A stretch of DNA of 64,000 bases from Octopus vulgaris (Eukaryota), in assembly GCA_951406725.2 (NCBI GenBank), contig OX597816.1, positions 117,304,001-117,368,000 on the forward strand, written 5' to 3'. Made by a program: the position numbers and the translations under genes. This document shows positions 37,700-51,775 of the stretch, one piece after another. The number at the start of each line of letters is the position of its first letter. The stretch's first letter is position 1. The notes under the pieces were generated by a model, which was not told the origin of the DNA, ran no database searches, and saw only the letters and a list, made by a program, of their open reading frames with translations.

Positions 37700-39791
37700 A
37701 CTAGAAGTTTCTTGCTGGATCTCTACACAGTTGGTAACCATTGGGTGATGGCCATTCCAGCACAGAACTTGTGAGTGACTGTGCTGTCTATGTCCGCCAG
37801 TGGTGACAAGCAGGTCTACTGAGACACAGTGCTACTTTTCCCAACAGAGGGAAGAGTGAGAAAAGGAGCCCCAAATATTGCTTACTCACCTTAAACTTGG
37901 CAGCCCACTGCAGCTGTCTGGCTATTCAGTAACACAGTCAAAACATGAAGAAATCTAAGAATATTAACCTTGGTTCTTGGAATGTGTGCACTCTCCAAGA
38001 CAGTCACTCAGTATCAGAACAAAAAACAGCACTGGCTGCTCTTTGAACTAAAGAAATACAACATTGTAGGATCATCACTGTTAGAAGAAAGTAAAGGTGG
38101 ATACATATTTTTCTGCTGTGGAAGAAATGAGATGAACAACACCACTCTAGTGTTGGTTTTGCCATCAAGACAGTAATATCTAGATAGATCCCTTCTTTCT
38201 CTACCCAAAGGTATTTCTGATTGCATCATGACACTAACATTGGAACTCGATCACAACACTTGTACTAAGCTTGTCAGTTACTATGCCCCAACCATGGCCA
38301 TCACCGAGCAGGAAAAGGATGAATTTTACAACCAACTCCATGATGACATCTCCAGTTGTCACCATAGGGACAAACTTTCCCTTATGGGTGACTTTAATGC
38401 TCATGTTGGTACTATCAGGCATGGGAAGATGTACTTGGTTGCTATGGTGTAGGTTGAATGAACTCCAGCAGTCTGTGTGTGCTCTCGATCTGCTGGGAAT
38501 TCAGTCTAAGCATCACAAATACCTTTTCCAACCGCAAAATTGTTGCAAGACGACCTGGATGTTTCCTAGATCTAAGGATAGGCATCTCATAGACTATGTT
38601 ATCACTAAGAAACAAAATATTAGGGATTTTAACATTACATATTCCTTTCATAACACCTACTACTATCTCTCTGACCATTCTCTTCTCTGAAGTAAAGCTA
38701 CATTCCATCTGAAACACACAAGACTACAAAGTCATCAGTGCCTAAGCACATTAATGTTCTGCCTTTTAAAACTGTTGAAAAGAAGGCTGAGCTTTGAAAC
38801 CTGTTGAAAAGCAGGTATATAACAACACAGATGTCCAACTGTTGATAGATAAAATACACAGCCCTCACAAAACATGGATAAATGATAAGAGCTCATCCAG
38901 AAAATAGAATGCCCATAAGAAATGCAGAGGCCAGGCCCAAAGTACTCTGAGACAGATGAAGGAGGCTTGGTGGTCTTCCAAGGCTACAGAACTCCAAGAA
39001 GCTGCAGACAGAAAGGATTCTAAAGCCTTTTATGATGGCCTCAAGAAAGTGTATCATTCTCAAGAGCACAGTGTTACCCGTATTTTTTCATTCAATAGAG
39101 AGACACTGTTGACTGACAAATCTGACATCCTGAAATGATGGAAAGATCACTTCGAAGCTGTGTTGAACTCCACCTCAGACACTAATGATGATGTCATAAT
39201 ATCTATTCCACAGCACACTGAAATACCGGAACTGTCTCTGGAGTCAACCTTCCTGGAACAGATTTCTTCTGGTAAAGCATTTGGTATAGATGCTGTCCCT
39301 CCTGAAATCTACAAGCATAGTGGACAGAAGCTTTTTAAGAAATTGCATGACTTCTTCATAAATATTTGGATGGTAGGCCATGCACCACAGGACTTCAAGG
39401 ATACCTCAATTCAACATCTTTATAAGAACAAAAGAAACAGAAGTGTCTGTGATAATCATTGTGAGATATTGCTTCTGTCTATTGCTAGAAAAATTTTTGC
39501 TTGACTCATTCTTGACAGGATCATCTAGCACTTTGTAAATGATCTCTATCCAGCATTACAGTGCAGATTTTACTCTGGTCATGGCACTATCAACATGATC
39601 TTTTCCCTTCAACGGGTCATGGAGAAGGCACGTGAGAAAAATCAAGGGTTGTTCATGGTATTCATTGACCTTAGTAAGGCTTTCAACACAGTTAACCAGC
39701 AAACACTATGGAAAGTTCTGAAAAGCTTGGTATACCTGACAAGATATTGAATGTTATCATTTCCTTTCATGAAGGAATGAAGGCTGCTGTA
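37700..39791 (+). mobile_element. Degraded RTE-BovB-like LINE: APE domain plus N-terminal half of RT, 3' part lost
   Basis: GSWNVCTL, YYAPT, LMGDFNAHVG, TWMFPRSKDRHLIDYVI, SDHSLL, GKAFGIDAVPPE, FIDLSKAFNTV, IISFHEGMKAAV; ends at a microsatellite. Confidence 0.93.
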
Positions 39792-39793
39792 TA

Positions 39794-39856
<63 letters not shown>

Positions 39857-39934
39857 GATATGTATATATGTGCTTATATATATATATATATATATATAAA
39901 TTAATCAAAATAAAAACATGATGCCAAAGATTCA

Positions 39935-40012
39935 GCGGTACATATGTTTCGGGCCTTTATTAGACGGATTTATAACAATGCATAATGTGTGTCTATGGCC
40001 TTCTTCAGCCGC
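39935..40012 (-). ncRNA. Type I hammerhead ribozyme motif in a Penelope-type repeat (about 39898-40148)
   Basis: Minus strand gcgg-CTGAAGA-a-ggcc...tagac...gtcta...ggcc-c-GAAA-catat-GTA-ccgc; palindromic stem III acatatgt. Confidence 0.7.
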
Positions 40013-40147
40013 GCACAACTACTACCTCAAGGACATGTATTACATCAAAAATTCTACGTTGGGGATGCAAATCCTCTCATTCGCGTACAACATAATGCGG
40101 CAACAGCATAAAAATGAAGCGTCCATCTCGTCCTTCTCTCAATGTAC

Positions 40148-40195
<48 letters not shown>

Positions 40196-41263
40196 TGTGT
40201 GTATGTGCAAGAGATAGCTTTGGGATCACATTTGGCATGAAGTTGAAAATATTTTTGGCCTATGACACTGCATGTATGTAGGTATTATATATATATGTAT
40301 GTATTTATATATACATATGTGTATATAAATATATATACATAAATATATATACACCATCATCATCATTTAACATCCATTGTGACCCATACTTAAGAGCATG
40401 GTCTGTGTGCGTGTGTGTGTGTGTGTGTGTGCACGCGTATGTGCACATGCACATATGTGTGTATAGGAGAAATTAAGATAAGCACAAGTTATATTATTAG
40501 TTCCTATGTAAGTTCACTCCTTTGATAGCTTGAAAACCTGCATTGGATGTTCCAAGTTCACTTGGACGCTTAACCAGAACACATCATCAGGGAACGCTTT
40601 ATTGCATAAAGTTACAAAACAAGTACTGGGTTCAATTTGTTTGACTAAACCTTTCAAAGCAGTGCCCCAGCATGGTCACAGTCCAATGACTGAAACAAAT
40701 AAAAGATAAAAAGATAAAAACCAACAAAAGGCAAAAGGAAACCAGTACTATATCTTTCTCAATGAAATTCACAAGTCTTCAGACTGTGGCATGGAAGTCC
40801 ATTATTGCCAACATCTGTAGGCATAGCACACAAAGAAAAAGATGATTACAAAATATTTGTTACCATAATTCATAATAGGGATGTTGGTATCGAATAAATT
40901 CTAAATACATAAACAACATTATAATGTACGAATAAATAAATGAATCTGAGCAGCACACTTTGAATATATATATATACATTCCTGGTAACTATTAAGAACA
41001 TTCTGTCTGGAATCAGTATTGGAAAATGTTTTGCATAAGAAGTCAATGTAATGATATTTCTAAGTGCATAATTTAAACACATGATTTTCATGTTTGTACT
41101 TGAACTAATCACCTGTCATGGCTCATATTATATTTACTTTATCACGAGATGATTTTGTTATTCATGAGATTACTGTCAAATCCAAAAATAAATTTGTATG
41201 TGTATATATCTATAAATATGTAAATATACACATATGCACATCAAATCAGCACTCAATCTATAT

Positions 41264-41308
<45 letters not shown>

Positions 41309-42185
41309 GTTCATGCATGGATGTGTGATTAAGAAACTTACTTCTCAACCATGTGGTCTTCAGTTCAGTCCCACAGCACAACAGCTTGGGCATGTATCTT
41401 CTACGATAACTTTGTGGTGACCAAAATCTTGTGAGTGGATTTGGTAGAGTCAGCTGAAAGAACCTCATCATGTGTGTGTGTATGCAATCACAGAGGAGAT
41501 AACAAAGACCAAAAGAATGGGGCAATTTGTTGTACTTGAGAAGAGCTGTCCATTTCTGCAAAAAAGTGAAGGCCTAAAAGCATACCACTTATGTCTGTAC
41601 CCCCACTCACAATCTGTATCTTGTCAAGGCTCCCCCATATCTCATCTTCATGACATCCATCCCTCCTTTACCTTCCTCTGTTGCTGTGATTATCTAAGAG
41701 CAAAACTGCATATATTTCATCCCTATTTTGTATTTGTGCTACCAGTTATCTCCTTCCTTTGAACCACTTCCTTTGTCAACCATTCTGCATCCTCAACATA
41801 CTCCCCTAACCACTTTATTTTCAGCTAAACACTCTCTCATATCTGCTACTGATGATACCCACTCCCTTTGATTATCACTCACTATGTTCTCAGCATGGTA
41901 CTTTAGACCTCTATCTTTTTTCACTGCATTATCTTCCTATTTCTCATCTATCAATAACTCTGCTATATTGTTGCTCTCCAATTTCTTGCAACAGCTTCAT
42001 GTACTGCCACCTCTTACCTCCACCTGCCTAGCCCACTCCTGTTTTCCTTTACCTCCCTTCTCAAGCTAGGATTCACCATTAACCATACCTCCATCCCTGT
42101 TCATCATCACTGCATTCACCTCTATCTTCATCTCTAGCCATCTGCCATTCTCCTTTCATACTCTCATGAATCTACAAATCTAACC

Positions 42186-42420
42186 TATTTCTTTACTACC
42201 CACAAGGGGCTAAACACAGAGAGAACAAACAAGGACAGACAAACGGATTAAGTCGATTATATTGACCCCAGTGTATAACTGGTACTTATTTAATTGACCC
42301 TGAAAGGATGAAAGGCAAAGTCGACCTCAGCGGAATTTGAACTCAGAATGTAGCGGCAGACGAAATACCGCTAAGCATTTCGCCTGGCATGCTAATGTTT
42401 CTGCCAGCTCGCCGCCTTTG
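42186..42420 (-). mobile_element. Family A SINE, full length
   Basis: Perfect 15-bp TSD tctacaaatctaacc at 42171-42185 and 42421-42435. Confidence 0.93.
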
Positions 42421-43712
42421 TCTACAAATCTAACCATTCTCAGTTGTTTGTCCTTATTCTCACTTCATCCACCTTCTTTGCACTTGTAGGTATGCCCTAA
42501 AACTTCATCTCCACTATCCTCTCTCTCTTTCTAGCTGAGATAGCCATATGTCTGCTCTATAGAAAGACACCTGTTATCCATCTCTTATATTTTAGTTTCT
42601 CAACACCTGACTCAAAGCTACCTCCCTCAGAATTGCACCTCCATTGTTGAGGTGTATTGTTTTGTGAGTTACTTAATGACCTCATTTATGTTGGTGACAT
42701 GAAAAAGCCTCCAGTGCACTCTATAATGTGGCTGACATTAGGAAAGGTATCCAGCCTATGAACCCATGCCAAACCATACAGTGGAGCTCAGTGCAGTCCC
42801 TTGGCTCGTTGGATCCTATGAACCATCCAACCCATGCCAGCATAGAACATGGATGTTAAATGACAATGATGATGATGATGATATAAACAATTGTCACACA
42901 ACTTATGTATGTGTGTGTGTGTGTGTGTATAAACCAAATGACAGAGATGGAAAATGGAATACACAGGAAGCTTTATTGCTCCCAATGATCATTTCGATAC
43001 ATCCTGCATTGGTGGGAAGCTATACAACTAGTTGTGGTGCATCTGTTGGTGCAGAAGCGTCTTGTCAGGTGATGTAATAAGAGGCACCTCATTAAATGAA
43101 CTCTGTTTTGCTCGGATTTAGTACAGAATGTTATTGGTAACCATGGGTTTAAGCTGTTGGGCAGGAATGGTGAGGGATGGATTCCATCCCAAAGTTATTG
43201 ATACAGACAGGGAGTAATTAAGAAAAATAAGAAGAATAAAGAAAATAAGAAGAAAAATATGCAGAATAAGGAGAATAAAGTATACAATAAAGTAAAATAT
43301 TAGGTATGTCAGTACCCAGATATATTTATCCTTTCTATCATTTGATTTATACATAACATACACTGAGGAATTCTTGAGGTAGATCCAGTGACAATTGCGC
43401 GGTTACTGTGGATAATGCCAGGTAGCCATAGGCAGTGAACATATTGTTATATTTCAGGATCATTTTTTTTTTTGCCAAATAAACACATGTGCTATATATT
43501 CATCCTTTACTTGTTTATTACTGTTCTTATTTTGACTTGCGATCTCTTCAGCAACACTTTCTGTCTTCGTGTGTGCTCCTGCTCTGCTTAGTCCATTAGA
43601 ATGGACTAAGATTTCTAGACAATGGGACCATCCCAAAATATAACAATATCTGTTTCAACACACGGTTTCACATCAGGAATCTTGCAACACAAATTCATAA
43701 ATATATATATAT

Positions 43713-44191
43713 AAAATTAATATAAACAGCCAGTCACAATGTGATACCATAAAGGAAAAATTCAATCATCACTAAGTGTGACTAAGGGTGCCAGAGCATC
43801 TGCATTGCTAGAAATAAGAGTTAAAATACTCTTAATGCTGTGGAGGGAGTGCAGAAAGTATACACCCATGCTAACAGAGGGGGGGGGTGATACTCCATGA
43901 CTGACTCGAGGATCTCCAGACTGGATTTAGTTTTGTCTATGACTGTAGGCATCATTGGTGAGGACTGCTTGAATGATGCATGATTGGCTAATTCCCTCTG
44001 CCAGCATATATATATTTAACAAAAATTTATGAATGATTTAGCGAAATGCTAATGCATATACTAAAAATTAATATAAACTGCCAGGCACAATGTGATACTA
44101 TAAAGGAAAAATTCAGTCATCACTAAGTATGACTAAGGGTGCCAGAGCACCTACATTGCCAGAAATATGAGTTAAAATACTCTTAATGCTG
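43713..44191. repeat. Direct repeat pair of about 128 bp, period about 350 bp
   Basis: aaaattaatataaac...aaatactcttaatgctgt at 43713-43840 and 44063-44191. Confidence 0.9.
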
Positions 44192-46067
44192 TATGTATAT
44201 AGCTAATCACTGTCCATTTAGATACTATTTATATTAGATATAACTGATTAACACACTTGAAATAGTTGATTATTAAAATCATTGATTCAATCAACTGTAA
44301 TCACCTTATCAATGCACAGTAGGTAATTAACTTTAGAGTCATTGTTATAGCTTACTATAAGAATAATTCATAGCATCTAATAAGTATCAATGTCAGTATT
44401 ATCTTCAGTCTGATCATTGACATCAGCCACAACACCAGTTTGACTGGTGAGGTTTCTATCTTTTGTCACTAAAATCCTCTCTATGGTCATCATCATCATT
44501 GTTGTCATCCTTGTTGTCATCAGCAGCACCAGCACTAGTAGCATTCTCTATTCCACAGTTATATTGATATTATTGCCTTCCCATTCCATTTGCTTTTCTT
44601 CCTCCCCTGCTGCTGATAATTATTGCTATGAATGGATGAATTAACAATTTATTTTTTTCATCTCACTTTATGGGTAGATAGTTTGCCTTACATTTGGCAG
44701 TCGCTTTTTCTTCAATTCCTCTCCTTCAAAACATGCTTAGAAAAGCTTTAACAAATATATAAATTGTCCTTCACCACCATCACTTTTTTTGTTCCAATTT
44801 TTGTGATAATATTTTGCCATATTTACTTCACATTCTGCTTTCCTTGATAGTTTTTGTTATGGCAAAAATCTAGTCAGCTTCAGTGTAAAAGATCAATATC
44901 TTAAATTCAGCCATTCAAATGCTTTATTTTTATGTTTTTAATGTTTTTTATAGCCTCTAGCATAAACTGAGTCTAGAATATAATGTCCCAACTAGATAAG
45001 CCATAGACAAAAAATGTAATGTATCTGGCCTAAGTTTTGATAATCTCTCAACAAGATTGCACATCTGTTATTTATAGCTAACAACAATGGTACAATGATT
45101 ATTTATTAATAAACCTAAAAAAAATCTAGACTGCATAATTGCATGAGCAACACAATGGTTATGCTGATAGTATAAATTAACAAGATAACCTTATGACCAA
45201 ATTAGATAAGATCAAATATAGATAGAGGACAAGGGTATATCACATTAATTCTATGAAAAAACAGCAAACATAGACTGTACAATCTCCTAAACAACTCATA
45301 CAGATAAACATGTCTCAACAATATAACTGGTAATAATAACACAGATGTTTCATTATTGAATGCCAAGTTTAGACAGTGTAAATAGAAAGGCTTGGTAACA
45401 TATTGTATAACTGACAAAGAATCATACAGTGTTTCTGTTTTAGAACCATGAGTTTGGTCTGCATAATTAACAAGAAAACAGCAGACACTATTAAGTCTGT
45501 AGTTAATAATTCTGAATTTAGATTTTGTGAAGATAAACTTCATCATTTGTTTCTCTGTAACCTATAAAATTTCTATTGATTTTATAGATTATAGAGGATT
45601 AGGTAAGAGTAAGTGAAGTATATGGTATCTTCACAATTGAAACACTTGAGAATCCATTTCTTATTTATTTTGTATTCTGTACTGTTCCCTGACAAAGGCA
45701 CCAACTACTTTTACTGAAGTTCAGTACTTGATCTGCTTAATCATGGAAAACAGATCTAAAAGGAAATCTGTGGAATTTGGTGGTTTATTCTGGAATGAGT
45801 TAAATCAAATGTAATCAGCTTAGAACCTAGCTATATAGCACAGATATTGTTATGTGGTTAATAATTCACACCCATGTGGTTCTGTATTCAGTCTCACAGA
45901 GTGGTATCTTAGATAAGTATCCTTTAAAACAGACCCAGCTGGACCAATGCCTTATGAGAAAAATTGGATAACTGAAAACTGCACGGAACATCATGAATAT
46001 ACATATCAATACGTGTGTGTGTGTGTATGTATAAGAACTGAAAGGAAATGAGAAAAGGAGATTTTAT

Positions 46068-46790
46068 ATATCATCATCATCATCATTTAACATCCATTTT
46101 CCATGCTGGCATGACTTGGACAGTTTTGACTGGAGCTGGTAATGCCAGAAGATGCACCAAGCTCCATTGTCTTTTCTGATATGATTTCTATGGCTGGCTG
46201 CCCTTCCTAATGCCAACCACTCTATAGAGTATACTGGGAGCTTTTTATGTGGCACCAACACCAGTGCTTTTAATGTGGCATCAGCATGAATGCTTCTTAT
46301 ATGGCACCAGTCACCAGTATCAATTCTGCTATGACAGATGGGTTTTCTTGAGTACAGTAATGCACTAGATATCTTGATCCTTAGTCACCTCCTTCCTAAG
46401 ACTCAGTGTCTTGAGATCAGTCTTCAATACTTTGTCCCATGTCTTCTTGGGTCATCCATCTTCCACAAGATCCATCCACTTTCAGTGATTGGCACTTCTG
46501 TATTCAACTGTCCACATCATATGTATCACATGACCAAACCAGTGCAGTCTTCTCTCTTGCACACTGCATCTAATTTTTTTTATTCCCAACATTTCCCTTA
46601 AAACACTAGCTCTGTTGCACCTGTACATTGACATTGCACATCCTGCAGAACATAGTAGCTTCATTCCTCTCTAACCTTCATATGTTTTCTGCATTCAGAG
46701 CCCACATCTCACTACCATGTAACATTGCTGCTTGTATACAATCGTCCTTTCACTTGTGAGAGACCCTTGATTGCTAACAGAGGCAAAAGC
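46068..46790 (-). mobile_element. RTE-clade LINE 3' fragment (family C)
   Basis: LREMLGIKKIRCSVQERRLHWFGHVIHM on the minus strand, plus the (GAT)n tail. Confidence 0.85.
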
Positions 46791-48186
46791 TCTGTGAATT
46801 GCCTCATATATTTTTATTCTAGGATTTGATTGGTAGAGGACACTAGCCAGGAGTGTTTCTGTGTCCCTGTGCTCAGATTGGTTGTCATTACATATGCTAG
46901 TTACCAAATGCTGGGACCCTGACAAGTACTACTATTCCAGGTCAGAGTAGACCTGGGAACAATACTGACTAGGATGTGGTTCCACACTTCTTGAAACTCT
47001 GAAACTTGTAAATCAGAGCCCCACTACCAATGCAATTTAATGTCAGATGCAAGACATAATACACATATCTAATGGTTGTCCACTCGTGACCAAGGAAGAC
47101 CATCATTGACTATTACTCATGCAAAATGCCAGCAATGCCCATACATGAGGTTATTGCACTCTCAGTTGATTTCATCTGAGTTCAGGCCTGTGGTTTCCAT
47201 GGTCACTGCAGTACCTTCTTACTCAACCAAGCTTCAAGACGTTGCCTTGCTGGCAATTGCATAGCCTAAAATTTTAGATCCAATAAGGCTTGCACAACAC
47301 CTCACAGATCCTTTCCACCCTACTGACATGATCCGAGACAAGCCAAGGCAAGATATCCAGTGCTGATATGGGTCAAGGCTCAGGAGTGTGGGGTACCATG
47401 ATCTAAAGCACAATCAAAAGATCCCCAAAATGTTCAATGCCATTCCTTACATATCTGGTTTTATATCAATGTAACCTTCTCCTCATGTGACACTGTAGAT
47501 ATATGCCTGTAGGTTCTAGTGGTTGCTATAGCAGATGAAAACAAGATATAATTGGTCAGATTGCAACATTTGCTATTCCCATTCTTTTGTTAGTGGTGAC
47601 TCATGTAGGACAACTATTGTCCATAATGGATGCAATGTATAGTTTGTACACCATTGTTGTTATTTTTTTCTCTTGACTAATTTGGTACCCCTCCTTGCTC
47701 GAAATGTCTCTTTACTATGTCTTCCATGTAGTTTGTGAATATTGTGGAAGAGCTATGTATATGTATGTAGTCAAGTGGTAAGATCGTTTGGCTTATGATC
47801 AGAAGGATGTGAATTCAATTTCTGAACCAGGCTGTACATTGTGTCCTTGAGCAAGGCACTTCATTTCATGTTACTCCAGTCTAATCAGATGTAAATGAGT
47901 ACTAGTCAGGTACTGGTGTAACTCTCTCTCTTCCTCCAGTTGCTACCTTCAAGATGAGCTACTGAGTCAAGAGGAGGCCAAGGGCATATCTATATCTGCT
48001 TGTGACTACATAGACACACACCTGAAACATTAAAGTATGGCAAATGTTACTAAGCCATCACAAGCTTGCAAGAGACAGCTGGTTGTACAGTATTTTTGGC
48101 TAGAGGAGTTGTGTGTAACTCTTAGTATTTTTGTATTCTCAGTGAATGTAAAGTATGCTTATATTGTTGAGTGTGATGGTTACTTT

Positions 48187-48379
48187 TACATTATTTACAT
48201 TTGACGGATATTGTCCTCATCTTCAGCTGATATATTCTCCAGCCTTCATCAGGTGTCTTGGGGAAATCTTGAAACTGGGTTCTCATTCCTAAGGTATTTT
48301 TCGATGTTGTTGTTATTATTATTCAAGTCACTGCCCGTGCTCTTAACCCCAAGATTCCAAGTTCGATTCCAGGCAGTGA

Positions 48380-48440
<61 letters not shown>

Positions 48441-48620
48441 CAACAACATCGAAAAGTACCTTAGGAATGAGAACCTAGGTTCGAAATTTCCCCAAGACAC
48501 CTGATGAAGGCTGGAGGGTATATCAGCCGAAACATTGTGTTAACAACAAACAAGATGAGAACAAATATCCGTCAAATGTAAATAATGTACATAATTCCTC
48601 ATCTCTTAAATATAGAACTG
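48187..48620. mobile_element. Palindromic Penelope-derived element with an HHR in each arm and a tRNA-like centre
   Basis: Arms 48187-48334 and 48369-48589 are reverse complements; CTGATGA at 48501-48507 (+) and 48252-48246 (-); central gttcgattcc B box. Confidence 0.8.
48496..48541 (+). ncRNA. Hammerhead ribozyme motif
   Basis: gacac-CTGATGA-a-ggctg(gagggtatat)cagcc-GAAA-c-att-gtgtt; ATT is probably CpG-decayed GTT. Confidence 0.65.
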
Positions 48621-48639
48621 TATGGTTGGTTTTATTTGG

Positions 48640-50530
48640 TGTTGCTGATATGAAGGCAGGCAGTGGAGTTGGTAGTGTCACTTCAAGCCTGTTGTTATGG
48701 AGTCAGGTTTCTAGATGATTTAAGAAGTACTACAGAAGTTTTACAAGAAGTGTCAAGAGAATTGTGGGAGGACGTGAATATGATGTCATTTGCATACCAG
48801 GTTGTGTATATGTGTTGCAGAGGTGTGGGAAGAATGTGTAGGTACTGGCTGAAAATCGTAGGTGTGAGGGTGGATTTCTGTGGAAATTGCAGGTTCTGGA
48901 AGTATTGTCCCAGTACACTCCATAGGCTTGGCAACCTGACAGATAGTTTACTAGTTTTTTGTGTGTGTGTGGGTGGGGGTGATTTTTCCTTTTTCCTTAA
49001 ATATTTGGATAGTAGAAAATGGGAATGAAAGTGTTGCTGATGTCACTGGTAGTTATTACAATAGTTACAATACAATGTGTAGGAGGAATTTTGTTGAAAC
49101 ATTCATGTATTTTTGGCGTTAATTTAACGAATAATGCTTTTGTGATTTAAATCCATGTTGTAACATGATGTGGGGGATGCATGGATTAGTTATGTCAAAA
49201 ATTAGCCTTTCTAGAATGTTTGAAGCTGTCATAGGTATGATGTTAATCGACCTGCTTGCTACTGAAATCAGATATATCTATTCAAAATTAATTTTAACTG
49301 CAGAAAGTGATTTTATATACCAATCTATCATGTCATGTTTTGAAATTATTTTCTTGTTAAAATATGTCAAGTTTACTGAGACAACGTATTGCAGAATATA
49401 GCACTTCTATCTTTTGGTACATATTTAACAGTCATTACTGGCCAGTGCTAGTGACATATAAAAGGCACCTGAGTCGGTGAAATGTAAAAAGCACCTATGC
49501 CAGTGACACATAAGAGACACTCAGTACACTTTGTGGAGTGGTTGGCATTAGGAAGTACATCCATTAGTAGAAACCAAGCTAAGACAGACTGGAACCAAGT
49601 GCAGCTCTCCAGCTTACTAGCCCCAGTCAAACCCCTTTACTCATGCTAGTATGGAAAATGGATGTTAAATAATGATGAGTGGAATAACCATGGAATTTAA
49701 TTTTGCAGTTTAAGGGTTAAGATTTTTGTTGTGCTTCAGAATTGTTATAACTTTGTCTAGCTTCTGATTTCTGGTAATTAACATAGTTGTAGATATTGAT
49801 GAGTACGAAGACTGTTTCAGGTCCAAGGTTCTTTTATGCATATTTGTGATTTTGTTTGGTCTTGTTGCTCCTGAATTTTTAGAATTCTCTCTTGCTTTTT
49901 GGATGTTTAATGGAAGGAAGGAATAAAGTTGAGATCTATATAGAAAGGGATTATTTTACATTTTGTATCTCTGACTTTTTGTGGGAATTTTAAAGGCTAA
50001 TTTTCGAAAACTGCCTGATGAGAGTATTTGATATTGCTGAGTTTGTTATTATGACATATAAGTGTGGCTGTTGATGATGATGCTACTTGTATGTAGTGTT
50101 TTATTGTTAGTTTTGTAGTTTGCTTTTGCGGTTGTCTCTGGTTTTTATGAGCCTAGCTATTTCTGGTGTATGAGTTTCATTTTATATGGTGGTACTTTGA
50201 AGGATATGTTTTTTTTGTTTGTTTTTGTTTTTGCTTTTTTAGAGACGCCTATAATTATTTTGTTGAATATATGTACTACAGTGCTTACATTGGTGATTGT
50301 GATGTTTGTAGATATTTTGAAAACCTTGATTGTTCTAGGAGGAAATCGTTCCTCTAATGCTTTTTTGAAGTTAATAAAAAGTGTTTTTGTTTTCTTCAAT
50401 GATGTACGAGTGTGTTGTGATAATTGGTAAGTGGTCCAAGGTAAGTTGGGAAATTGCCTGCCAAGTGGTTTTGATAGCTAGGTATGTGAAGCCGAGGTGG
50501 GGGGATTGGACGTTTGGGGAAGAGATGTTG
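48640..50530 (-). mobile_element. Old I/Jockey-group-like LINE (end of APE to RT YADD region), interrupted by a family C copy at about 49440-49680
   Basis: Minus-strand remnants DHLPII, ILERLIL, QHGFKS, PQKSTLTPTIFSQY (PQGS-L-P-LF) and YANDII (YADD). Confidence 0.7.
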
Positions 50531-50833
50531 AGCGAATGAGTGCGCGTTCACTCACAGTAATACATCAACATAATGATAATTGATCTTGTTTCCTTTTAAT
50601 AGACAACCAGCCAAACGTATATTACTGAACAACGGTTTGTTTTGCACTCAAAACAAAGCAATAATGTGGTCTGATTTGCTCTGGTAGTAGTATTATGGCA
50701 AAAGGATCTAGGTCAAACAGAAATAATATAATTTATTGTATCTTTTTGTGAAACAGCGAATACATTTTCACACGCTCATACATACACATCTGCCTATGTG
50801 TACATATGTATGTGCGGTGTGTGTATATATACG

Positions 50834-50901
<68 letters not shown>

Positions 50902-51362
50902 TGCGCGCGCGCACACACATTCACATACATACACACATATATATATTATTTTCTTGTTTCAGTCATTAGACTGCTGCATGACCGCAGTACTTTTAGTGGC
51001 AGAGTTTCGGATTAGGATGTCCACATAAGTTGGATTTTCCCCGTTTTGACGAGGATTTTGCGGATTCTTTTTTGAAATAATGAATTAAAATTTTTTGAAA
51101 ATCTATGATTTTTTTCACCCCACCTTTTCTACACGCCCCTCTGTGCCGATTTTGGTCAATATTTTGCACTACGCACTTAAAAAAGATGAGAGAAGCCTTT
51201 TCGGTAAAAAAAAAAAAAAAATTGAAAATATTTTCAGTCGAAAAGGTGTGTGATTTAAGGGAGATTTAGCTGTTGTTTCTAGCACATCCCACGATCACCT
51301 TGTACCTTCCTCGTTCGGCCCAGGTTCAATTTCCGGCATGGGAACAGCATTATTGTTTATAT

Positions 51363-51525
51363 AGGCACATGCATGTTTGTGTGGTAAGAAACTTGCTTCC
51401 CAACCACATGGTTCCGGGTTCAATCCCACTGCGTGGCACCTAGGGCAAGTGTCTTCTGTAGCTTCATGGGTGGACCAAAGACTTGTGAGTGGATTTGGTA
51501 GGCGGAAACTGAAAGAAGCTCGTCG

Positions 51526-51563
<38 letters not shown>

Positions 51564-51775
51564 GTATGTTCGTGTCTGTGTTTGTTCCCCCTCTCTCGCT
51601 TGACAACCGATGTTGGTGTGTTTACGTCCTCGTAACTTAGCGGTTCGGCAAAAGAGACTGATAGAATAAGTACTAGACTTACAAAGAATAAGTCCTGGGG
51701 TCGATTGTTCGACTAAAGGCGGTGCTCCAGCATGGCCGCAGTGAAATGACTGAAACAAATAAATGAAATGAAGTA
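51363..51775 (+). mobile_element. Full-length family B (tRNA/CORE-like) SINE with internal (TA)n
   Basis: B box gggttcaatccc, CORE-like gtggcacctagggcaagtg, tail ggcggtgctccagcatggccgcagt...gactgaaac. Confidence 0.9.

Noticed and set aside
45202-45546. 114-aa minus-strand ORF
   Set aside because: Composition is unremarkable and about one ORF of this length is expected by chance in 64 kb.
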